From Mytilus edulis (Eukaryota): a stretch of 64,000 bases of DNA. Location of the stretch: positions 4,526,001 to 4,590,000 of the forward strand of contig NC_092345.1 in assembly GCF_963676685.1 (NCBI RefSeq), given 5' to 3'. The position numbers were made by a program, and so were the translations under genes. Shown here in pieces: positions 52,367-64,000 of this stretch. The notes under the pieces were generated by a model. That model saw nothing but the letters and a program-made list of their open reading frames with translations, made no database searches and was not told the DNA's origin. The first letter of the stretch is position 1, and each line of letters opens with the position of its first letter.

Positions 52367-53399
52367 TGTAGGACTCAAATATATGGCGGGTTCCAAATCT
52401 ATGGCAGATTCCTAATCTATGGCAAATGTGACGTTTCAAACGCCAAGCAACTCAAATCTATGGCAGATTTTTGTTTTCCCCGAATCTATGGCAGATTTAG
52501 GAATTGCGTAATTTTCCGGGAAAAAGAGTAGAATATAACGTCACAATAAAAATAACGCCATATAAGTCGTTGCCGACTTCAGTAAAGTTGTCTCAAGTCA
52601 TCAATGGGGTTGAAGTCATAAAACTTTGCTCAGTGCTCGGAGCACAAAAATCATGCTCGAAACATGAAATCCAGCATTTTGATTGGTTGATTTTGGAGTA
52701 TGAGTACAAAAACTGACTCGAAAGTTTTATGACTTCGTCTTCTGAAATCATGTGTTTAAAATATTTTAACTCAGGAAAACACTTTCCGTTTCCCCTTTAG
52801 ATATTTTGGGAATGGAGTTATAGTACATATTTTAGCGTCTACGTCTGTCAAAGTATTTAAAGTGAGAAAATGAAATTATAGGATACCACCTTGACTCAAA
52901 TCGTCACCAGTTAAAAAAGATCGATTAACGCTAAAATAAATATTATATGTGAAAACTGTTTAAATTCTTTTTGATTAATGGATTTCCATTTTGTAGTTGT
53001 TTTATTTAATGAATTAAACAGGTACAATGCACAGATTAAAAATGCTTATTTTTCCGGGAAAGATCATTTTAGCCTGATTTCTGTATTATGGTATATCACT
53101 TCTACACTCTTTTATGGTTGATTTGGTTCACCATAATGATTATGGAATTTTTGTTTCACAAATGTTTATAGACATGCTCCCGTCGTTTCAACTCAAATAA
53201 GACAAGTCAGTGATTGTATATGAACTGCCTTGTTAAACATTTGCACAAAATCTGCCATAGATTTGGAAGCAACAAAAATCCGCCATAGATTAGGAAATTA
53301 CAAAACTAGCAGGGTTTTAAAAAATCCGCCATAGATTTGGGATGGCATGACGTCATATTTACCATAGATTCGGAACTCACCATAGATTTGAGTCCCACA
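52367..53399. mobile_element. 1-kb inverted-repeat element with subterminal AATCTATGGCAGATT repeats and TA flanks
   Basis: Ends TGTAGGACTCAAAT and ATTTGAGTCCCACA. About five aatctatgg copies on the left and five ccatagatt copies on the right. Confidence 0.85.
52606..52742. mobile_element. small MITE nested in the 52367-53399 element
   Basis: Perfect 16-bp inverted repeat GAAGTCATAAAACTTT / AAAGTTTTATGACTTC (52612 to 52736). Confidence 0.7.
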
Positions 53400-54159
53400 T
53401 ATATGTGTAAGATATTTACATAATAATGTTGTCTTTGGCATTGTCAGTGTGAAAAAAAGCTAAGGTTCATACAGATATATAATGTACGAAATGAACTTTT
53501 GCAATATAATATGTCAAGCCATGAATTTTACACCGTCTTGAATTCACTTTTAAATTGAACTTTAGTTTTGGAAATAAATTTATCGTAGCTACTAGACTTA
53601 AAATCGCCAGAATAAAAAAAAAGTTGAAATGACTTATAAAGCAAGAAGTTGAAGAGCATTAATGTGATTGTCCCTAAATTGGCAGATATTGCATTTCTTT
53701 TATTTCATTCTATAAATAATAGGCGTAACTAAGGTTTTAAGATAAACAATGCTAATATCCTTTATGTCATAAGTTACAAAAAAATGACAAAAGAAATACC
53801 TGTGTCATTCAAATTTTGATGTGAAAAGATTATTATTCAATACATGGACTAATATACAAACAAAAACAAACACAAATGGCTATTTCAGTGTTTTTGTTTT
53901 TTGTTATACTGCCTTTTTACTGCACGGGTACATTTATGGGACAATGTTAAGAATTTCGAAGGCTTTGTATAAGTAGTTTAACACTGATCATTGTAATTAG
54001 ATGTTATTCAGTAGAGTAAACTCACTCGGAGTTCCTCCGAGTTCTGTATTTTTGTGTTTTTACTTTTTTTTCACAATATATTTGCATGCTATATGTATTC
54101 AGAACCTAGCATATGCATATTAAAATTAATATTAATTGTCATCTCCATTCTCTATATAT

Positions 54160-55538
54160 ATACTGTGATACCAGATGCTAGATGTCTTGATACCAGATGC
54201 AAGTTTACAATACCTTCTGTTAGTGTCGTGATACTTGATGCTAATATACACTACTCACTGATAACGCCGTGATACCAGATGATCATTTACAGTACCTGCC
54301 GCTAACGCCACGCTTCCTGATGCACATTTATTGAACCTTCTTATGTTAATACCACGATGCCTGATTCAAGTTAACAGTACTTGTTGCTGGTGGCGTGATA
54401 TCAGATGCAATTTTTTTCAGTTCCTGATGTTAATGCCGTGATACCTGGTGCTTATTTACAGAAACCTTGCCAACGCCGTTTTACCAGATGGAAGCTTACA
54501 GTACCTGACGCTAACGCCATGATACCTGATGTAAGCTTACAGTATCTGCCGCTAACGCCATGATACCTGATGTATATGCCAGCTAACGCCATGATACCTG
54601 ATGCACATTTACAGTACCGGCTGCTAACGCCATCATACTTGATTCAAGTTTACAGTACCGGCTACTAAAACCATATTACCAGACGCAGGTTTACAATACT
54701 TCTGTTAATGCTGTGATACCTGGTGCAATGTTGCAGTACATACTACCGGTGCCATGAAATCCGATGAAAGTCTGTAGTACCGGTGGCTTACGTATTGATA
54801 CCTGATGCCAGTTTACAGTAACGGCCGCTAAAGCCATGCTACATCATGCAAGTTTACATTACCGGAGCTACTAACGCAATGATACCTGATGCCAGTTTAC
54901 AGTAACGGCCACTAAAGCCATGCTACATCATGCAAGTTTACATTACCGGAGCTACTAACGCAATGATACCTGATGCCAGTTTACAGTAACGGCTGCTAAA
55001 ACCATGCTACATCATGCAAGTTTACATTACCGGAGCTACTAACGCAATGATACCTGATGCCAGTTTACAGTACCGGCTGCTCAAGACATGATACCTGATG
55101 CAAGTATACAATACCTGCCGCTATCGTCATATTTCCTGATGCAAATTAACAGGACCGGTTGCAAAAGCCATGCATGATGGCTGATTAAAGTTTACATTAC
55201 CGGTTACTATAACATATTACTAGGTGCCAGTTTACAATACTTCTGTTAGTGCTGTGATACCTGATGTAATGTCACAGTACAGACTACTGGCGCCATGATA
55301 TCCGATGAAAGTGTACAATACAGACTGTTTATGCTGTGATACCAGTATGATATATCATTACCTACCAATAACGCCTTAAAACAAATGTAAGTTTACATCA
55401 ATTGTCGCTAACGTTGTGATACTAGCTGTTCATTCCGGGATACCAAATTTTAAAATATAGTACATGCCGCTAACGCCGAGATACCAGATATCAGATTATA
55501 TTACCTGCCGCTAACGCCGTGATGCCAGCTGTAAGTTT
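54160..55538 (-). repeat. diverged 41-bp minisatellite derived from the gene C exon 2 / intron 2 junction
   Basis: Plus-strand unit TACAGTACCTGCCGCTAACGCCATGATACCTGATGTAAGCT, with period 41 (e.g. 54497 to 54538, 54610 to 54651). It aligns to 55498-55538. About 30 copies, with an 84-bp higher-order unit at 54796/54880/54964/55048. Confidence 0.9.
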
Positions 55539-55660
55539 GATTCCTTTCAGTTTCTTCCAATGTTTGGTCCACATGAACGTCAATGTGGCGGAAACTCCAT
55601 ATGCAGTGTACATAGCAAATCCCAGTGATCCCAAAACTTGGGACATCTTGAAGAGGGAAT
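55505..55660 (-). CDS. claudin/PMP22-like gene C, exon 2
   Basis: Acceptor tcttag, donor CAG|GTAAT. 156 nt (same length as in gene B). DSLFKMSQVLGSLGFAMYTAYGVSATLTFMWTKHWKKLKGIKLTAGITALAA. Confidence 0.88.
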
Positions 55661-57017
55661 CTAAGATAAAAAAAAAATGTAGCATCATCTTTCAATTTGT
55701 TTTACTTTTGTTGCCCTAATTATACCTTTCATTAGATGGGTGGATTTGGTGAATTCAAGTCTAGGTCTTTTTTGTCTTATAGCTCTTAAACTTTTGGGGT
55801 TCTTAATAACCCTTGGATTTCAAATATTTGGTTCTGAGTGAACCTCGTGAAGGTATATCTGGAAAAGCACTTCGGACGAATGAAATTTATAAAATACAAA
55901 AATTTCACTTTTCATTTTTCTCTTTTTGAAGGCTTGTACTTAAAAGATTTGTTTTTTTGTCTTCCATTTACTTCAGATGTCCTGCTATTTTAGGGGTTAA
56001 TGTTCATTATACAGCTGTGTTTAGATTAGTTTGACGCTTGTGGTTAGCATTGAGCTTTAAAGTTCAGACAAAAAAATATGAAGGAGATTAAAGTTTTGAA
56101 CACGTTGACCATCTACAATGACGGGCCCTACAGTAAAATTCACCATTATATACATTACTATTGACATATACTATTATATCTAATCTTCTTTTTTTCTCTC
56201 TATACTATGTATGTCCAATTCTTTCATTATTTAAAGTACTTACTTATGTATTTTAATTTAATAAGGAAAAAAAAACATTTAAAACAGGTATTTTTTAATC
56301 TTTCAACTACATACCATAATACTCTATAATAACAATTACTAAATATATATAAACTTTAAAGTTAATTGATGGAATATGAAACTTTAATGTTTACTAGTAG
56401 TTTACTACCATGTCATTTGAAATTTTTATTGAAGTATGACTTTCAATGCCTTTCCTGCTTCAGTACACCAATTGATATCATATTTTCCTTTACAACTACT
56501 TATAGAATTTGTGTGGTGCTAACGGGTACTAGGTTATAATGTGTCCATGCATCATTTGATTATGAATGTGAAAAAGATATGGTCAATTTCACATGAATTT
56601 TTATCACTCACGAAGTCGAGATCTGCATAGTTTGTATTTATGTTATATTTGTATTGTTTATGCATGCAGAACATCGTTAGCCAAAACAAATGTATCTGTA
56701 TCTAAAAAAAACAAAACATGGATTGCTGTTCGTTTATCTATGGTTACAAATTTTATTTTCTTGTTAATTTTGTTATGAATGCTCAAAGTTGGTCAAAATT
56801 GTAAAAATTGCAGTTAACATTAAATTACTGTAATGCCAGAAACATTGAGATATAACTATACAAAGCCAACAACTGACAAAGTTTCTGAATTTTGGACAAT
56901 ATTTTTTTGTATATTTGTAGATCAATTCTCAATAACTGACTCCTATTTAATCTCTGCTTGTGTTTTGTGTAATGTTTTGTTGACTGTTGTTGGTCTTTTG
57001 GTCTTGTTGTTTTTCAT

Positions 57018-57078
57018 TTTGGTCATGGTCGTCTGGTTTGGTCATGGTCGTCTGGTTTGGTCATGGTCGTCTGGTTTT
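57018..57078 (+). repeat. 19-bp tandem repeat, 3 copies
   Basis: TTTGGTCATGGTCGTCTGG three times. Confidence 0.85.
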
Positions 57079-57833
57079 CTTCGACTTTCAATTGTTGTTG
57101 TCCTTTTGTATTTTCTCACTCTTTATACAGAAAGCAATCTCAAGAAATTTAAACTATGTCCATCATGTCGTCCTCAATGTGATATTGACAGCTGTACAGC
57201 GAAGAATATTTTATAAAGCATCGTCTTAGAAAGTGCAGAAGGCAATTGTGTAATGATAGACTTTTTGAAAGACAGCTTTAGTGTGAAATAAATTCTGAGA
57301 AAATTTATTATCACATCTTTTACGATTTTTTCAGATTTTTAAACAGTGGAAATACATAGCATAGTTTCTATTTGGAAGAAATGAGCCTCTTAGTCTATGT
57401 CATTTGATCTCCGGTGGAGAGTTGCTTCATTGGCAATCATACAGGCTTATCTTCTTAATTTTCAAAATTTGGATTCTTGTTTTATTGGTAACTGAATTGT
57501 ACTGCTTTGATTGGCTAAATTATTAGCTCTCCTTGCAGGCAAAAGTAAGATACCACAGGAACAAGCATGGTGGAGTGGGAGCCCGTAAATATTTTTCACC
57601 CCGCTGCATTTTCTATGTGCCTATTCCAAGTCAGGATATAATGCACATCTTTTATTATTTCTCTACGTGCACTTATCTTCTAATTTTGACGAAATATAAT
57701 AGAATTGGCTTTGAAACTGGGTAATATGTTAACTGTTCAATTATCAGAAGCATCTTAAAGTTTTACATAACATATTGTGATTGTACGTGTCCTACAAATC
57801 AATATCCTGTCAAATTCTAATAAAATAGCAAAC

Positions 57834-58032
57834 CTTTCTTAACATCAGTAGTGCAGTCATTCTCTACGCATGTCAGGAAAAATCCAGCATTATATGTTAC
57901 TGTGTCAAATGTATATGTTATCCATGATGGCGTCACAAATCCAACAAAATATAGAAAACATCCAATATACGTGATGAATAATGCTGCCAATCTTGTCCGT
58001 GTTGTAAATAAACTAGACGTCTTGCAAGCCAT
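57834..58032 (-). CDS. claudin/PMP22-like tetraspan gene C, exon 1
   Basis: ATG at 58032, 199 nt (same length as in gene B), donor AAG|GTTTGC. Contains PSWITYTFD...AGFFLTCVENDC. Confidence 0.88.
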
Positions 58033-58808
58033 GTTTGGCTATGCTTTTTATGAAACGGACATATTTTAAGCCAACTACCATAACATGTGCAGCTATAATT
58101 TGACTTAACGATACTTTTGTTTGTTTGGTTTTAAAGTAACGTTATATGTGTGTGTATGTATACACATCTCAAGGCGTTAAATGTCTTGTTCTTTGTCAAG
58201 TTAAATCACAAATCATTATACTTATTATCTTATGAAAATATCTTAGTTTTAAGGTTGTGTCACAGTTCATGATTTTAAAATTAAAAATTTGTCTAAACGT
58301 GTAAAGTTCATTAAAAATTGCGTTACGGTTGTTAGCAGTGAAAGTTGGAAGGTCAAAACAGTGACGTTTCTAAAATCCAAAACTGTACTTAATGTAGTAC
58401 TCGTCCATGATAACATTACATTTTCCATTTCGTTTCATTCGAATAAGGATTTATAAAGTTATGCCAAACACCAAGCTCTAATAATTAGCTAATGCCATAT
58501 GTATAACATGTACATATAGTAGAACGTATATTGTATAGCTGATATCTCATTCTAAACAATAATCTAGTAAATTCAGAAATGTTTCCAATTTATTTTTATT
58601 ACTGAGAAAGATGTCATAAATATAAAGCCTCGGACTTTTAATTTTAAAAAGTAAGTATTGTGTGTATGCAGCATTTACTATAATCGCAATAATCATTATA
58701 ATCATGCAGCATTTACTATAATCGCAATAATCATTATAATCAATGTCTCATGTCTGTCCATAGCTTAAATATCGCAATAAAAAATATTTGCATATAAATT
58801 CGGCAGCA

Positions 58809-59323
58809 GTCCTTTTGCGCCAATTACTGTTTTTCAGGGGTATCATTTGCGCCAATTTTCGGAACTCATTTGCGCCAATTTACCTGTACACATATCTATC
58901 TATATATTCTTATTTTTGCTTAAAAAATATCATATTTGTTCGAAGATATTTCATCATCCGTATGGACTGAAACTCTATCTACTGCAAGATGTCTCAGTAA
59001 TAGAGCGGATGCATTCCACAGTAATTATCAGTATAAACTGTTTTATGCATATCATCCGGCCTTTAATGATCGTCTTTTTGGACAATAAATGGAAGTTACA
59101 CGCTACTGACATACATTAAATTTGAAGTACCCATGCAGCAGCAGTAAGAAGAAAGCATTTTTCAAAAAAGTAAACATTTGCCATGTAAACTTCCGAAATT
59201 GTATGTTTTATTTTTGGCGCAAATGATACCATGTAATTTTAAAACAGGTGGCGCAAACGTAGAATTGGAGAAAAAAAGTTGTGGCGCAAAAGGACGCATT
59301 TTTGGAGCAAATGGATCTCTCCC
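58809..59323. mobile_element. inverted-repeat element with TTTGCGCCA / TGGCGCAAA subterminal repeats
   Basis: gtccttttgcgcca and gtatcatttgcgccaa on the left are mirrored by ttggcgcaaatgatac and tggcgcaaaaggac on the right. Confidence 0.7.
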
Positions 59324-60476
59324 ATAAATTCTGTACAGTTATGGGCATTGTACAAGATCGCCATTTTCGTCTTCTGTCTTTTGGTTATGTGTGAACGTGG
59401 AAAAAGTCGGGCTAATTTATGTATTTCTTATTTCGGACATTTGAAATTGTTTCTTATATTATTTATAGTTTCTGTTTAATCTTAAAGACAATTTCATTCT
59501 ATTTCAACAGACAATGTGCTTTGATTTGCATTCTTAAAGATCTTTCATGTGTGTCACTTTTTAATCTAAAACTGTGAGAAAAACCATGCAAGTGATTGTG
59601 TTAATTTATGTTACACAACTATTTCATTTCATAATTATATTAATCCGTTACTGTCGTACATAGATAATTCTTTTCAATATCTGTTTTATCAGTTCTTGTC
59701 CAGGACATGTATGATAACAATGACATTAATCCGTTTTTCAATTACGGTCTATTGTTACTTTAAAGTGTTAATTTTATTTTTGTAAAATTTGTCAACTCTA
59801 TTATTATGTAATCTTAATTCTTTGACAACCTGTAAACATTGTCTATCTTTATAATGTGTCGACTGAAGTTAAGTCTTCAGTCGGAGTCAGCCTTTTGAAC
59901 TGACATCATCCGTTCATTAAAGTGAAAATAAAATCCATACTGAAAGTCTTCGTTTGTATTCGCTCTACCAGTTTGTGAGTTAGTTCCGCCAGTGGATTTA
60001 TGTTCAATAGGCAGAGGACCAGTCTTCGGTCACTGTCATTCGTTTCGGCATCTTTGCCAGTTTTGGCAACAGAACCTGTTGCACGGTAACAAACATTCCA
60101 GTAACAATATCGTTGTCACATTTGCATACTGTTTTCTCATTTATGGATACACAATATGTAATATTTAAAAAAAAAAACGAAAATTCTATTGGAAGTATTT
60201 GAAGTATTATATTCTGGAAATAGTCAGAAAACAGTGAAATAGATATATTCATTTCCTTTGGTCTTTGGTATAATTTATTGATAATTTTATTATCACACAT
60301 ATATATAATCTTTACACCCGAAATCATATCAGTTTGGTCGATTTCTAGTTCAGTTTAAATGCAAATGAAAATATCATGTTTTATCTCGTGAGAACTGAAC
60401 CTTTAAGTTTCTATTTACAATTGATATTATGAATATGAATCATAAGATAGTAAAGTAAGTAGATCGGTGCATGTTC

Positions 60477-60573
60477 CACAGGCACTTGTCTCAGATTTTT
60501 TTTTATATATATATATACCTTAATACAAGGTATATAAGGTATATAGGGAAAAATTCTGAGACAAGTGCCTGTG
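60477..60573. mobile_element. 97-bp MITE with an 8-bp TSD (P- or hAT-type)
   Basis: Perfect TIR CACAGGCACTTGTCTCAGA / TCTGAGACAAGTGCCTGTG flanked by GCATGTTC on both sides (60469-60476 and 60574-60581). Confidence 0.92.
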
Positions 60574-60793
60574 GCATGTTCATACTACATTGCAACACAA
60601 ATTAGTCACTATCGTAGTGAAGACAATAGACTTGCTACAATGCTCTTTTTTTTATTTCCATCTTACTAATTAATATGTTTACTGTAAACTGCCATAATGC
60701 TGAATAACCCACTATACAGTTTGCCTATATACATATTGTCTATAGAGGAAGCCTCCATCTGAAGGTGTCAATATAATGGCAATCTCTTCGAAA

Positions 60794-61165
60794 AAAGACC
60801 AGTACCGGTCCATATCTGAGGGTTAAAGACCAGTATCGGTCCATATCTGAGGGTTAAACACCAGTATCGGTCCATATCTGAGGGTTAAAGACCAGTATCG
60901 CTCCATATATGAGGGTTAAAGACCAGTATCGGTCCATATCTGAGGGTTAAAGACCAGTATCGGTCCATATCTGAGGGTTAAAGACCAGTATCGCTCCATA
61001 TGTGAGGGTTAAAGACCAGCATCGGTCCATATCTGAGGGTTAAAGACCAATATCGGTCCATATCTGAGGGTTAAAGACCAGTATCAGTCCATATCTGAGG
61101 GTTAAAGACCAGTATCGGTCCTTTTTTAAGGGTTAAAGACCAGTATCGGTCCATATCTGAGGGTT
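60794..61165 (+). repeat. 31-bp minisatellite, 12 copies
   Basis: Unit AAAGACCAGTATCGGTCCATATCTGAGGGTT repeated head to tail with few substitutions and no spacers. Confidence 0.97.
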
Positions 61166-61482
61166 TGGATGGCATTTACATAATAGAGAATAATTGGCAA
61201 AAATGCTGAACAAAAGGGCTAAACATATTTATATATATAATAGAGAAAAACGGACAAAAAGTAGGATGTTATAATACGAAGAGAGAATATGAGGTTTGAA
61301 AATAAAAATAAATAAGAAAAATATAAGGATGAAAGATTTTGCTCTAATTGTCTTGACTAATCAGTGAAATAACAGAGTCGTCTTTAGAAAAATCTCAAAA
61401 TTCCTACAGAGATCCCTGACATTAAGAAGGTGTAGACGTCGATCGAATCTATTCGACAATGTTATTATTGTACACCTTCGTC

Positions 61483-62540
61483 GGTTGTCGATTGTCCCAC
61501 TTTTTAACATTTTAGAGTTCTGATTGTCCCACATGAAAAGTTCTGATTGTCCCACATTATTTTATGTAGTAAAATGTTCTTAGACAAACAAGGTAACTGT
61601 TGTTTGTTTTGCTAAATAAACAAGAATTAATTATAATTTGCACATTTAATATTAATTTTATAAAAGTATAAAAAAAAAATGTTTTTTAAATCATTAGATT
61701 GATACACTTTTGATTAAAAAAGATAATATTTCTGATTTATGAAATAGATCTTTTAAGGTCTTGAATTAAACTTTTTTTCTTAACCTGATTTTTGGGTTTA
61801 TATATGACTCTAGAAAAATAATTGGTGACGAAAATCATATGGTGGTGCACTTATTTTTGCTACAGTCATTTGAAAGTACCCAATTCTGATGATTTTCTCA
61901 GTTTTCATCAAATGTTATCTATTTTGGGGCTATTATCATGAAAAAAATCACAGTTTCACAATTAAACTTAATTTTTTTTTCATAGTTTCAATAAAGATAG
62001 AGTGGACCAATCTGAATAGATCTAACTAAAAAAAAAACTAGAAGTAGGTGTTAATATAATATATATATATATATATTTGAGAAATTTGATTTTTTTTAAT
62101 ATGGGATGCACATGCTTCTGGTAAAATCATTTCTTGTACCCCCATCTATTTTCTCTAAATTTGCTGCTGTCTAGAATTTTTCCAGATCAGACTTTCCAAG
62201 AATCACTATTAAAGGTTGTTTTTCCAATCTTTTTTTTAAAAGACTTCATATTATATTATATGATACTTCAAATGTACCTACTATGTAAATATTATTATTT
62301 GTTCTTATTTTGTTCATATTTTATAAGTTATATTGATTAGTAACCTTTGATTAACTGCAACACGCTATAAAAACAAATTAATCACTATAAAAACAGTTCC
62401 CAATTGTCCCACATTTAAACTTCCCAATTGTCCCACAAACATATTCCCGATTGTCCCACAAACTTATTCCCGATTGTCCCACAAAATTTCATTACCTTTT
62501 TACCTGTAATTTCAAAAAGTGGGACAATCGGGAAGACACC
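61483..62540. mobile_element. about 1.06-kb element with ATTGTCCCAC repeats and a flanking direct repeat
   Basis: cgattgtcccactttt on the left and aaaagtgggacaatcg on the right. ACACCTTCGTC occurs at 61472-61482 and 62536-62546. Confidence 0.75.
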
Positions 62541-64000
62541 TTCGTCCGAGTTCAAAAAAAATAATGCTTAAAAGTTAATTGAAATAATTAATGGTCAATA
62601 TTTTTATAAAGGATCTTTTGGTATTTAAGGTAAGGTTTGAGCTTAAGCCTGCAACTAAATACAATTATAGTTATGTTTTTCTATTAAAAGAAGCTTTTAA
62701 TATAAGGTCAATATAAGACAATAAATACGTCATTTAAGGGGATAAATGCATAAAAGTACAAATGCAGTTCATGGATTTATAAAATAGCATTATGTTAAAA
62801 TGTAAATTTATCAAATGCCCCATGAATGGTTGTTAAGATCAGTTGTGTATATATGTCCCTGTAAAGTTCAAAACGTATATCACTGTATAGGTAATGTATA
62901 TTATTCTAAATATGTAACAGATATTGGTATATTGTATGTAACTTAAATAATATCCACTAAAGTTGTTATAATTTTCCCGTTCCAAAGACAAGTACAGATT
63001 AAATATCCTGAAAAACTTTTGTTGCAATAAGAGTAATCAATAATGAAAACAACATATCAAATAAAGAAACTGAAGATAATAAGTTTACTAATCATAGGAA
63101 ATTAAAATATTCAATTGTAATAATCATATATTGCTCATGGTTAGTAAAATGTAGTGATTTCTCCATCGATGAAGTCACAATCGAAGAATTGAGAACTAGA
63201 TGGTGGGGAAAATAAATATCACTTAAGATTAGTAAATTAAATCAAAATAGAGCCACAACATATTTAACCGTCTTCTATTCCTAATTTTCCAAAGATAGAT
63301 ACATCAAATAATGTTGGTGTTCATATAAACCTACTATAAATGATATATGAACCTCAGTTACCCAGAAAATTATTTTATTGCACACTAACTCCTATACTTG
63401 AAAATTCAACTAGGGCCAACATTCGGACCTGCACACCTAACACACATGTGGAGTGATACCTTAGTAATGACTAAATGTATCGATAAGTCCTCTTGAAATT
63501 GATACTGGATTTAAGGAATTTCTGGCAAATGTTCAGACTCCTTGTTGGTTTTCTTCCATCAATACAAAGCAAAATGTTTTACCCCATAACACCCATTTTC
63601 TTTTTATATAAGACACTTCAATAGCACACAAAAGGTCACAAAACCAGGTTCAACTGACCATTTTGTCTTACAATATTTTATAACAAGTCAGGAAAATAGT
63701 AGTTGATATCTTATAGTTCGTTTCTTTGTATTTTGCATTGTTGTTTGATTGTTGTTAAACTCGGTGTTTCTGTTGGTTCGTTGTTTCCCTCTTATTGTTG
63801 ATATGTTTCCCATGGTTTTAGTTCAATCGATTTGTGACTTTTGAACAGCGATTTACTAAAGTTGCCTTTATTTACCAAAGTTTAATAAGCAGATTCTTGA
63901 TTTTTTTAATTTGATTTGAGATCCACATTATTCCAATGCAAATACGAGGTATAAGTCATAGTCAGCCTTTTCCTGCCATTTTGTAAAAATCAAATATTTC

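Noticed and set aside
54160-55500. coding extension of gene C exon 2 as repeated membrane-helix peptides
   Set aside because: The unit is 41 bp, so frame is not kept, and a TGA at 55491-55493 closes the exon frame.
59860-60130. GC-richer patch that might be a minus-strand exon
   Set aside because: Candidate acceptors give short frames with no recognisable domain and no partner exons.
60794-61165. CRISPR array (31-bp repeat with a small palindrome)
   Set aside because: Units are head to tail with no unique spacers, there are no cas genes, and the context is eukaryotic.

Overview
AT-rich, intron-rich eukaryotic DNA. The repeat types suggest a bivalve, probably a Mytilus-like mussel (inference). 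Four spliced host genes can be rebuilt by hand, all on the minus strand, with GT-AG junctions and consistent intron phases. (1) A secreted or surface C-type lectin (13135 to about 1921, probably continuing off the left edge): signal-peptide exon, two lectin-domain exons and two tandem-duplicated Ser/Thr-rich stalk exons. (2-4) A tandem cluster of three 3-exon claudin/PMP22-superfamily tetraspan genes (A 34160-37073, 226 aa; B 40126-42787, 533 aa; C 49218-58032, 603 aa) that share intron positions but have very different C-terminal tails. The rest is a dense transposon landscape: a decayed Tc1 transposase, a Penelope-like reverse transcriptase, an internally deleted and rearranged BEL/Pao LTR element, an RTE LINE 3' end, a SINE, Helentron-type microsatellite elements and several inverted-repeat elements. 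About ten minimal type I hammerhead ribozyme motifs occur, including a retrozyme-like unit of about 353 nt with a hammerhead-like motif on its opposite strand. Other notable oddities are a 1.3-kb 41-bp satellite derived from an exon/splice-donor junction of gene C and a 232-bp copy of gene A exon 1 embedded in an interspersed repeat. All calls come from manual reading; no database searches were run.
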